Assembly: GCA_016748015.1 (NCBI GenBank)
Contig: JAAOMT010000436.1
Location: 1,548,847 to 1,612,846 of the forward strand
From: Geosiphon pyriformis uo1
Lineage: Eukaryota > Fungi > Glomeromycota
Direction: 5' to 3'
DNA length: 64,000 nucleotides
How positions within the stretch are numbered: the stretch's first letter is position 1; each line of letters opens with the position of its first letter. The translations under genes were made by a program, and so were the position numbers. Below are positions 52,596 through 64,000 of this stretch, piece after piece. A model generated the notes under the pieces. It was given only the letters and a program-made list of their open reading frames with translations, had not been told where the DNA came from and made no database searches.

Positions 52596-54305
52596 TCAGT
52601 CCATCGGAAGATCTCTTTGATAGTCTTCACATTTGTTCATCTGAATTCCCCAATAAGGGCCATAATGACTGTTTCTAGAGGTAAATTTCACAGCATTTAT
52701 ACAATTCTAGAGAAAATTTCAAAAGAATTAATTTTAAGATTGAAAATATAAAAAAAATTCAAAATGTTTCTTTGATGATTCATCATACCTTACTCTCAGA
52801 AGTGGCATCCAATGAATTACATCTTCTGAGTTGATTTTCTTTTTTTGGGCCAGGTATATAATATTCCAATCCACAATGCATATATGCGTTACCCCATATC
52901 CAGAGGATAGTATGTGCAACGGGTTTTGTTGGTACATCGTCATTAAAGTATGTGGCTCGAGAAATTTTCAATCTTGAATCAGCGTACTGTGCAAATTCTT
53001 TATTACCAATTCGTGGAATACCGTAGGTGTATACGTTGATATCAAGCATATTCGGTAGATCTTCGTGGAGAGCCAATGCCGCCAAAATGGCATAGACTAG
53101 AAGGGAAATTTTAAGAATATTTTTTGAGATTGCGATATTCAATTTAAAATTGAGATTCGTGAAAATGTCTACATACCACCACCCAAACTATGTCCAATAA
53201 AAATTGGGATAATATTGTCAGATCGAATGAAAGCTAGGATTTTTGAAACAATATAAATTCTTGCCGGGAAAAATTCTTCGTAGAAACCTTGGTTAACTTT
53301 TGCTCCTGGACATGATTTATAATCGGTTAAACCAGTTTTTTCTTGAATAAATTCAGTTAGATCGTCCTCATTTCCAGAGAAAATTATAAGAACTGAATTA
53401 TCTTTTTCTTCAATATAAGCTGGAAAAAAATTGGTGAAATAGAAAATGAAAGTAATAATTTCAGATTAAAAATTTTCCCATTCCAAAAGTTCAAACCTTG
53501 AATATTTGGCCCGAAATTTATCCCGGTATTGGTACAATAAGCAGTATTTGCTAATTTCGCAAAGTTTTTAAGACTCATGATATCATAATTTGAGGAGCCT
53601 GTATAGTTTAGGGATTTTTCAAATTTTTTCAGATTTCCTGCTTCATTTTAATGAATTGAATTTTCACAAATTCTTAAATTTTTTTTTCTTTATTAAAGCT
53701 GGCAATATTTAAAAAAAAATCAGAAGATTTTTTTCAACTAATTATTGATCATTAGTGGTAATGACATTACCTGAGTTTAAAATTTCAGATTCATCTGTTA
53801 ATTTTCCTAATGGAAGACTCATCTTGGTCTGAGAATAGTCAGTAGCAGGGTAGTCCACGAGTAAGGGTTCATCATCAACCAAATTTTTAATATCGGAAAA
53901 TGTAGTAGTTAAACCGATTTCCTCAGAGTTTTGAAGAATCTCATGATTATTTTGATCATTGAAGTTGAAATCAATAATTTCATTATTGTTAGGAAAATCA
54001 AATTCATTCGGTTTTAAAGAAAGATTTTCGAAATTATTTCTTTGCAAAAGTGACGTAGCATTTGGACAAATTATTATCGAATCACAATAATAATTTAAAA
54101 CTGGATTTGCTCGAGTGAAATGATTCGATATTATAAATGATAAGATAAATATGATGATGATTAAATAAATTTGAAGGCTTGGAAACAAAAAGAAATTTCG
54201 CTTTAGCGAGTTTTGAAATTTCGAGAAAAAAAATAAATTTTCTTTAAATATGATATTGAAGATGATTGAAAATCCAGTGATAATTGATACGAATGTAAAA
54301 AACAT
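52596..54305 (-). CDS. Class-3 lipase L3 with intact GHSLGG
   Basis: FAKLANTAYC, FIGHSLGG (~53175-53200), YTYGIPRIGN, NDDVP, SHYGPYW. The start codon and first intron are less certain. Confidence 0.82.
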
Positions 54306-54601
54306 TTTTTTTTTGTTTATAGGAATGAACGTCAAAATGACGTTTGATCAAACATAGACAGTTTTGCTTAACTTTTTGATTTAAGAATATATCAACATTC
54401 AACTTTAGATCATTATCAGTTGTTCTTGGTAATCAAAAGATATATTTTGAATCCTTTTTTACAAGTTAAATTTACAGGAAAGGAGGCGAAGTATAAAGAA
54501 TGGTGATCTGTCAAATGACGATCATTGACAAATTTTTTTAAGATCGGAAAATTATTTTTCAAAAACATTCTGAAACTGATCTATTCATGATTTGATTCTT
54601 T

Positions 54602-54646
<45 letters not shown>

Positions 54647-54859
54647 CGAATTTTTAGTGATAAATATTCTAATTTTAGATTCCAACATTTTTTAATGCCT
54701 TTTACCCTTTTACTGATAAGATACTTTAATTAAAAATAAACATCAAAAAAATATGATTTCGTGATTAATATAAACTTTTTGAGGAAAATTATCAGGAATA
54801 AAGTTAATCATGCTAATTTCTTTTGATTTTGATTTTTTTAGTTGTATTCCTTTAGAAAA

Positions 54860-54910
<51 letters not shown>

Positions 54911-55118
54911 TGTAATTGTAATTGTATCTTGACCCAGGTTCTATCCTGAAATATTCGTTCTGATAATCAAAATATTTGTTTGATAGAGTTGACTGTTAAA
55001 GATTACACGCTTCCTAAAATTAGGGAGAGAAAAATTTTTATCATATGATCGTTTATAAGTAGTTTGAAAAAAATATCAACGTCCTTCGAAACAAACATTC
55101 TATCTAAAAAATTAAAAT

Positions 55119-56658
55119 ATGCAAAAGCGTAATTTTTTCTTTATAATTTTTTTTACTAGAGGAATTACGTTTGCTTTGATACAATTTTCTTTGCTTTTAT
55201 TAGCGACACCAATAGACAAAAATTTAAATTTAAAAGAATTAACTTTCACTGATTCTAGTTTCGATGATTATACTTCTTTAAAAGAAAATCAAAATTTCTT
55301 AGGTTTAAGTAAAGATGAAAATATTGAATTTAAATCAGTGAATGAATTTAATAATTCGGGACAAGAAATAAGTTTCATTAATAATTTATTAGAAAACCCA
55401 AATATTACTGATAATTACTTATTATTAAGTGAAAAATCATTATATGAGACCCAAAAATTTCCCTCAGATTCATTAGAAACCAACTTTCTTGATTCAACGA
55501 ATGATCAATCTCTTATTTTTAACACGCAACAGGAATTTGAAAATAATCCTTCCTCTGAGTTTTTATTGGCAGGAAATGAAAAAATGAAACCTGAAGATAA
55601 GGTAATAGATAATGATCAGAAACCTTATTTGATGAAATATGCGGTCTCAGCCGCCGATGCATATTGTGATCCAAGTGCTATTCAACTCTCGGAAAATATT
55701 TTTGGTATGTCAAGGAGTACTAGTACTTTAAAATTTCTAATTTTTTCACATATTTATTATGATTGAAAGTGATGTTAAATAATTTATTACGTTGAAAAAT
55801 CTAGTCGTCTGGGATCTTCAAGAGCATGGTATAATTATCAAATTTAGAGCCAATGAAACAAAATTAGGAGAGTATATGTATCGGAAAACTGAATTAATTG
55901 ATTATGAACATAATTATCCTGGAGCAAAAGTATTATTTTCAAATTTTTAAGATTTTTAGACTTTTTTATGCAAAGACAGCTTAATTTTTTTTAAAAAATA
56001 ATTTTTAATTGATTGTTAATTAATAGGTTCATGCTGCTCTTTATAAAGAATTTAGAGAAAAAGCAGGTTCTAAATTTTTAGAACAAATCATGCCATTAAT
56101 TAAAGTTAATGATGATTTATTTAGAACTTATTTAGTTGGACATAGTTTAGGTGGAGGTAAGTTTTAAATTTTCACAAAAATTTAAACAAAAAGATAAAAA
56201 ATTCTCATTTTTTTATTTTTTTTATTTTTTATTTTATTTTATTTTATTTTATTTTATTTTATTTTATTTTATTTTATTTTATTTTATTTTTTTACAAAGC
56301 TTACGCCCAATTTGCAGCATTACTCTTGGTTGATAAGTTTCCTGAAATGATTCAACCAGACGTTTATACTTATGGATCACCACGTATCGGAAATATGGCT
56401 TTTGCAAGATACGCGAAATCCCAAATTCATTTACTACGTGTGACGATCTCCAATGACGAAATCCCACGATACCCTGTTCGTAATCATCTTATCTTTGGAT
56501 TTACTGGGAACATTTATGAGCATTCTGGGGTTGAGTATTGGATTGAAGAACCGGGGGGTCCGAATATAATTGTTTATAGGTGTACACCACAAGAGAGATC
56601 TTATGAGAGTAAGGTTAGTTAATGTTCGCCTTTCTCATTATATATTTGATTTATCGTT

Positions 56659-56690
<32 letters not shown>

Positions 56691-56834
56691 ATACTAACAA
56701 ACATCTAATTGTTCATAAAACTAAATTAGTCATGTGTTAATAAAATGGAATACAGCGTCATAAAATATCATAACGGACCTTACTTTAATATGATGATGAA
56801 TACTTGCGAGGGTTGGACAAAAAAGTTACATTAA
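55119..56834 (+). CDS. Class-3 lipase L4 with intact GHSLGG, divergent from L3
   Basis: Signal-like N-terminus, YAVSAADAYC, LVGHSLGG, YTYGSPRIGN, NDEIP, YHNGPYF; GT-AG introns. Confidence 0.85.
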
Positions 56835-57136
56835 TAGGAAATTTTATTTTATTCTTTTAAATTGATGAAAAAAAATTTTTTTTTTTTTTTTTCTTTAATC
56901 GATCAAACTATTCATGCTTCGTCTAAATTTTTATAGTAACAATATATAATATTTTCCAAAGAAAATCAAAATTATGACTTCTTTATTTAACATATCATAA
57001 TATATATAATAAATATTAACTTAAAAATTTTTGCATTCAAAAAAAAAAATTTATATTAAAAAATTTTATTTTGTAGTAAATTTTAAAATTAGTTTTACAA
57101 AAGTTTGAATTTTTTTTTATGAATTAATACTTGAAT

Positions 57137-57176
<40 letters not shown>

Positions 57177-58011
57177 GATAATTTAAAAATTTTTCTCAAC
57201 AAAATTCTAGAATTTTATCTTAAATATCAATTTATTTCTTATTACCTGATAATATAATAATTGATTAAATAATTAATTAAATAATTAATAAATTATTATT
57301 ATTTTAAAAATTTTATCTTTGTGAGGTTGATACGAGAATGATAAGCTGAAATAAACGAGAAAACAGATTGCCCCTTCTTAACATGAGAGCTATGTTGGTT
57401 GATCAAGAAGTTTCACGATGGGTGTTTAACTCAAACCAAAAATGTTACATAATCGAATTTTAAGTTTTTGAATTTGAAAACTTTTTTGTTTTTATCATTT
57501 ATATTTAGGATTTTCATTTCAACATTCTAACTCAATTCTTTTAAAGCCTACCCAGATTTTAATGTTTTATTTTGCTATAGCTGTTAATAATTGACTTAAA
57601 AAATAATGGTTATCGATTTAAACTTAATGATGACCCTCATCCACCAATGGAACCACAGCATATCTTCATCAAATGTAATACTAAATATATAATAAAAATT
57701 GCAATTTTTCATCCAAATATTTACGCATGTAGTCAGATATAAAGGAAACATATGATCTTAAATAAAGCATACATGATATTCAAAGTCTTGATTAATATTT
57801 TTAATTGCAATCAGATTGTAAAAATTTCTCTTTTTCTTTAATTATCAACAATTATTCAGTAACCAAAAAATTTTTTATTTATTCAAATAATTTTCAATTC
57901 TAATTAAAACTTTATTCATTTGATTTTTTTAGAGTTAATTTATAAATTATTTAAATATTCTATATTTTGGAAAAATAAATTTTATTGTTGTATTTTGAAT
58001 ATAATTATTAC

Positions 58012-58059
<48 letters not shown>

Positions 58060-58112
58060 CATCATCATCATCATTAACTCTCAATATCATACTTATTTAA
58101 TTCTAGCTATTT

Positions 58113-59530
58113 TTATTCATGACATTCGCCCATCATTCTACCAAAATATGGTCCCTTATGTTCTTCAAAGTTCATCGGATGTTGCATGTGCCAATTATAA
58201 TTACAGTCCTGAACAAAACAGTGACCTCAAATTTCAGTCTTTTTAGCGAGTTTAAATATGAAATTTTTTCGCAAATGCTTACCAAGTTCTCCATAGTCAT
58301 TCCACCTTGCTTTTTCGAAGGACATTGATAAACATTATATTTTGCTGGTGTATTTTCACAATTACAATTCAATTCGTTGGAAATCCAATATTCAGTTTCA
58401 TAATGTCGATATCCATCTTCTAATCTTGGTGACTGAACGACATAATCACCTAAATTTGTAACGCGAAAAATTCGAAATATATTTCCTACCCATTCAGCGA
58501 AATAATGATTGCCAATGCGTGGTTGCCCGAACGTGACCACTGTGATCGCTGCTTCAGGTCGTTTTTTATAAAATGATAAAGCTGTTAAGGTTGCCCAAAC
58601 TGCAAAAAAACAAAAAAAAAACAGAAATTTAATCAATTTTTAAAAAATACAAATTTTGCAACTAAACTTTTACTTTAAACCTACCACCCCCTTCTCCATG
58701 TCCAGTAAAATAAAACAAAGTTTTCTTTAATACTTTATCATCCAAAAAGCCAGAAACTAATTCTGCTAGGCGACGTTCAGCGTTTCCAATAAATCGAAAG
58801 TAAAATGCTGAATCAATTTTCACTTCTTTCGGAACATTATCCCCCTCATATGGACCTAATCTTGATTTCTTGTTTGAAATAGTATCCTTGTGTAACTCAT
58901 ACCCTTTGAAATAAATCACAATCTTGTCATGTATATCGTTGTCTCGTCTTTGAAGTTTTATCGCTCGCGCTACGAAATAAATTACAGAAATAAAAAATGT
59001 GATCGAATTTAAATTTTTTGTTGAAATATTTTAGTCAAAATACCAAAAATTCCATCTCCATATCCAAAATCATTTAAACAATAAGCTTGTTGTGCGTATC
59101 CGGCAAATTCTTCAAGAAATTCCAATAATTTTGTATTTACAATTTTCACCTTGTGTTGGTCATATCCCTTATTCTTTACAATTTTTCTATTACGTTTTTC
59201 TCGTGAATTTAAAGAATTCTTTTGTGTTATTGATATTAAAGCTGATTTCCAAGCTTTTTGATTTAATTGTTTCTTTAAATTTATAGCTGAATAATTTTTT
59301 TCAATTGACCTTTCTTCTATTTGAATTTTAGATAAATTATGAATTTTATTCTGGTCCAATCTTCTGCCCAAGTCAAACTCTTCGAATTTGTCATTTAGCC
59401 AAAACTTTTCTCGTACCAAGTTATTCCCACACAATTTCAGCAAAAAATATATCATCATTAGCGAAAATATCCAAATTTTTATCCATTTAGCTTTTTGAAA
59501 TATCTTATAACAGAACTTTAAAGATTTCAT
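58113..59530 (-). CDS. Class-3 lipase-like protein L5, nucleophile Ser absent (GHGEGG)
   Basis: FAGYAQQAYC, FTGHGEGG, VTFGQPRIGN, NLGDYVV, HYETEYWI, EHKGPYFG; N-terminal TM segment. Confidence 0.85.
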
Positions 59531-59839
59531 TTTTTATCTTCTGGTGTGTGATTGTGTTTTGCAATAATCCGTTTTATTTTATGTAAAGTTTTTTGCATTA
59601 ACCTAACATGATTACAATTAGATTCATTCATTTTAATTAGTATATCATGAATGTTATTTACGCGACGTTTTCGTATTGTCTAGATAGTGAAAATATGTCA
59701 TATTTGGAAAATATGAGATTTGAGCTATTGTCTGATAGCTAAGATAGCGATCAAAATATTTAGAAACGATCATTATTTATTTCCAATTACTCAACGTTCA
59801 AGTTCTCGAAATCTTAAAACGTGCGTTCCCATGCTTTTA

Positions 59840-59874
59840 GAAATAACATAATCACAAAGTGATTATGTTATTTC
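59840..59874. repeat. Perfect 16-bp stem, 3-nt loop inverted repeat upstream of L5
   Basis: GAAATAACATAATCAC-AAA-GTGATTATGTTATTTC. Confidence 0.8.
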
Positions 59875-60961
59875 ATAAAATTTTTCAAAATAATCAAATG
59901 ATAGCATGCTATAAAGACAGCATCGTTTTTCCCAATCATGTTATAAAACGTGTTCATTAGATCCTTTTGATAGAAGTGAATCATGAATAATTGGTGTACG
60001 TTTCCCTTTTTTTTGAAATTAATCGAAAAAACAAGAAAATAACATTAGTAATCAAGTGCCAATAAGAACAAGAGCAAATTCTCTTTCTTTTTATCAACAC
60101 AAAATATACAAGATTTTATTTATTTCAATTAATTGAAAGGATTAAAAATTTTTTTGGAGATTAACTGCTCCATTAATAAATTGAATAAGATTTTTTACAG
60201 TTTAATAAATATCTTTTCTACTGCAAATCCTATTTTCCTTGGCGAGAAGGCTCGGTGAAACATTTTAAACCAATTGATAAAATTACTAGAAAGGGGTAAA
60301 TATAAATATTTCCAAAAAATATGTTTTAATTTGTTCAAGAGTTGAAATCATAGTGTTACTTCAAATTTTTGATCCATAAATTTCAAATTGTCACATATTT
60401 GAAAATAAATCTTGTTACAATAAATGAAAACATATGGTTTCTTGATTTAAGAGTCTAATTGTATTGATGGATTTTAAGATCTTGGAATTTAATTATTTCA
60501 CTAAATAAAAAGATTTATTTTTGGTCAATAAAAAATTTTTTATAATTTTCGTAATTATATTAACATCAAATTAAATTTAACAAAAAAAAACATAACAAGT
60601 ATTTTTATAATTATTTATTAATTCAATTAATAAAATATTTTTATTATAATTTTTCAATACAAGTTTCGAGACCGAAATGTTGCTAACTTATAGAACATGA
60701 TAATGTGGTGATGAATATTTCGACTCTAAACGCTTCGGAGTTAATGGTTCTAAATGCCATTTTATTAAAAAAAGTTATCGCTAATAGTGAAGTTTGCATA
60801 TTTATTCAAGCATTCGAAAATTAGTTGATTAAACTTCTGCTATATTGTAGTAAATTTATAAAAATGCTGATATGAGTGTTATGGAAATATAAATCCGAAA
60901 ATCAACCATAAATAATTAAAACCTTTTATATCCCAAAAAGACCTTTTGATTCGACTCAAAA

Positions 60962-62180
60962 CTATTGGGAATTACACGTCATCAGAACACCAAAGTAGAA
61001 ATTTTATGTTTCTACTCATAACCTAGTTTCTTTTTGTTTACACAAACCTATAAACAAAGATGCTAGATATTAGATTAAATTCATGATAAAGGGTAATGCT
61101 TGTGTCTCTGAAATATATCTCAAATGCAGAAACGAAATTTAAATGTTCTTACATCACTCTCCAATTCTCCATTTTTACGTAAACACTTGAAGGTTTTATA
61201 GACGTCATTTACTCTATCTGACCAAATTTCTTCTCCGAAATGAGAATAATAATTACTCCAATGTCTAAAGATATTGCTTAAATGTGGGGCTGTTGCAACA
61301 TCATCATTGGTGATTGTAGCTCGTATCAGCCGAACTTTTTCATTAGCATATTTTCCGAAAGGAATATCCCCAATTCTTGGAAGTCCATATGTATATATCA
61401 TAGGTTTTGGTAGATCAGGTATTAATATTGTGATGATAAGTGCTCCTAGCGTTGCCATTACTTTTATATAAGGTGGTTTAATAAATTAATTGAAAAATAG
61501 AATAATTGGATATGCTAATAAGATTCAATTCAGATATACCTCCTCCCAAACTATATCCAACAAAAATTACCTCATTTAGAGGCTTTGCTTTGTTCATCCA
61601 GTTTAAAAACAGTTCAAGAAATTCCTTATAGACTTGTAATCCTGCTTAGCTCAATTCTTTGTGAATGAAAATAAGATCGGAAAGAACTTTTTCATCTGCA
61701 GCGAATGTTACCACATTTTTTCCTTTTCTGATATCCGGCTTAACCTTTAGAAAAAAATGAAAATTTAGCCAAGTTTTAATATCAATAAATTCAAAAATCA
61801 GGTATCAGAAGTTTATAATTTTTAAAAATAAAATGCTGGAACGAAATATAAAAAGTTTCTACCATAAATATTTTAGACAGCTTGGTTGAATTTGTGTGAC
61901 AGAGTGCTTGCCTCGCAAATGGCGCATACATAAAAGATTATATGCATCGGCCTAGGAAGTGTCAAGTTTTTGATACATCAAGTACAGGTTCGTCTCCATC
62001 CGCTAGAAGTAATTGATTATAATTTAAAGATGATAGATTATCTATTCCAACTGTATCTGGCTTTGTTTGAAATATTTCTTCATTTAACGAGCTCGAAACA
62101 GGATTCTGAACATTAAACAAATTAGGAACTGATGAAGTGGATGTCGGAAGCGAATATACTATTTGATTTAAAATTTAGTT
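60962..62180 (-). pseudogene. Class-3 lipase pseudogene L6, tandem duplicate of L7
   Basis: ~60575-62050 repeats ~62455-64000. GYSLGG is present, but an exon segment is deleted/replaced at ~61620-61650, the last exon has TGG>TAG plus an indel, and no clear N-terminus is visible. Confidence 0.8.
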
Positions 62181-62886
62181 TTTTAATTTATTTATTAAAT
62201 TTTCTACTGATTAAAGATAGTTGTGCAGAAACAGCAATCGATAATCTTTAGCATATCTAATCAATCGCTTACATAATATTTTTCGTGGGGAAACTAACAT
62301 CAGGTGACTAACAATCTGCTTTTAATGTTTTATTGTTTTGATAATTCAACTCATCTGGTCGGGAATTTGAAATTGTAAAAAGGTAATTTGTTTGATCTTT
62401 TGCTTATAAAATCTTTACTTGTTTCCTTAAGTAAAAAGAAAATATTTTGTACAAGTTAATTTAACAAAAAAAAACATAACAAGTATTTTTATAATTATTT
62501 ATTGTTTCAATTAATAAAAATATTTTAATTTTAATTTTTCAATACAAGTTTCAAGACAGAAATGTTGCTAACTCATAGAACATGATCATTTCCTTGAGAG
62601 GGATAATGTGGTGATGGTTATTTCAACTCTCAGTACTTTGGAGTTGATTGTTTTACATGCTATTTTGTTAAAAAAATTATCGCTAATAGTGGAGTTTGCA
62701 TTCAGTACGAATACTTTAGAAATATTTATTTAAGCATTCGAAAATTAATTGATTAAAACTCCTGCTACATTGCATTAAATTTATATTAAGTATTACAAAA
62801 ATGCTTATATGAGTGTTATGGAAATATGATTCCACAATAATTAAAACCTTTTATATCCCAAAAAGACCTTTTGATTCGACTCAAAA

Positions 62887-64000
62887 CTATTGGGAATTAC
62901 ACGCCATTAAAACACCAAAGTAGGGACCTTCATGTTTCCACCCATAACCTAGTTTCTTTTTGTTTACACAAACCTATAAACAAAGATGCTAGATATTAGA
63001 TTAAATTCATGATAAAGGGTAATGCTTGTGTCTCTGAAATATATCTCGAATGCAGAAACGAAATTTAAATGGTCTTACATCACTCTCCAATTCTCCATTT
63101 TTACGTGGACACGTGAAAGTTTTATAGGCGTTATCTACTCTATCTGACCAAATCTCTTCTCCGAAATGAGAATAATAATTACCCCAATGTGTAAAGATAT
63201 TGTTTAAATGTGGGGCTGTTGCAACATCATCATTGGTGATTGTAGCTCGTATCAGCCGAACTTTTTCATTAGCATATTTTGCGAAAGGAATATCCCCAAT
63301 TCTTGGAAGTCCATATGTATATATCGTAGGTTTTGGTAGATCAGGTATTAATATTGTGAGGGTAAGTGCTCCAAGCGTTGCCATTACTTTTATATAAAGT
63401 GGTTTAATAAATTAATTGAAAAATAGAATAATTGGATATGCTAATAAGATTCAATTCAGATATACCTCCTCCCAAGCTATATCCAACTAAAATCACCTCA
63501 TTTAGAGGCTTTGCTTTGTCCATCCAGTTTAAAAACAGTTGCACAAATGCATCTTTTATATATAAAAAGTGTGCAAGAAATCCTTTATTAACTTTTAATC
63601 CTTTGATATTTGGTTTAGGGATGAAAGAGCTCAATTCTTTGTGTTCGAAAATAAGATCTGAAAGAACTTTTTCATCTGCAGCAAATGTTACCACAATTTT
63701 CTCTTTTCTGATATCCGGCTTGACTTTTAGAAAAAAACAAATTTTAACCAAGTTTTAATATAAAGTTTAAAATTTTAAAAATAAAATGCTGGAACGAAAT
63801 ATAAAAAGTTTCTACCGTAAACAATTTCAGACAGCTGGGTTGAATCTGTGTGACAGAGTGCTTGGCTCGCAAATGGCGCATACATAAAAAGATTATATGC
63901 GTCGGCCTGGGAAGTGTCAAGTTTTGATACATCAAGTACATGTTCGTCTCCATCCGCTAGAAGTAATTGATTATAATTTAAAGATGATAGATTATCTATT
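62887..64000 (-). CDS. Class-3 lipase L7 (GYSLGG), 5' end beyond the window
   Basis: YAPFASQALC, LVGYSLGG, YTYGLPRIGD, NDDVA, KHEGPYFG; visible exons are open. Confidence 0.8.

Noticed and set aside
57920-58246. ORF with poly-Ile, and the FYFIL-repeat ORF at 56151-56333
   Set aside because: Translations of (ATT)n and (TTTTA)n microsatellites in a 3' flank and an intron.
35363-64000. Methyltransferase, Myb regulators and lipases as one biosynthetic gene cluster
   Set aside because: No core synthase or transporter; adjacency of independently expanding families is sufficient explanation.

Overview
Eukaryotic, very AT-rich, intron-bearing fungal DNA. Ferritin homologues and the TE, lipase and Myb repertoire point to an early-diverging fungus (Glomeromycotina, possibly Geosiphon-like; inferred, not proven). 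There are three zones. (1) 1-12 kb is a TE graveyard: a Ty3/Gypsy gag-pol (+) and an RNase H-bearing LINE (-), both saturated with C>T/G>A changes, plus a young 606-bp Tc1/mariner deletion derivative nested in the Gypsy. (2) 12.3-43.9 kb is a birth-and-death cluster of about 11 copies or fragments of a two-exon, five-repeat Myb gene. Three copies are intact (A, D, E), one has a stop in its leader (C), one is a 4-repeat form (H), and the rest are pseudogenes. They are interleaved with two ferritin pseudogenes, a DUF2470 pseudogene, a SAM methyltransferase, and Tc1, pogo, LINE and probable piggyBac remnants. (3) 46-64 kb is a cluster of 7 class-3 lipase paralogues, three of which look intact but lack the catalytic Ser. 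The best candidate for a novel system is the Myb array. Its paralogues keep the Myb scaffold but are hypervariable at the predicted base-contacting positions of each recognition helix. They appear to shuffle repeats by recombination and carry a hidden first exon that encodes a basic, acid-poor, mitochondrial-presequence-like leader. All homology calls are by-eye translation and motif recognition; no searches were run.
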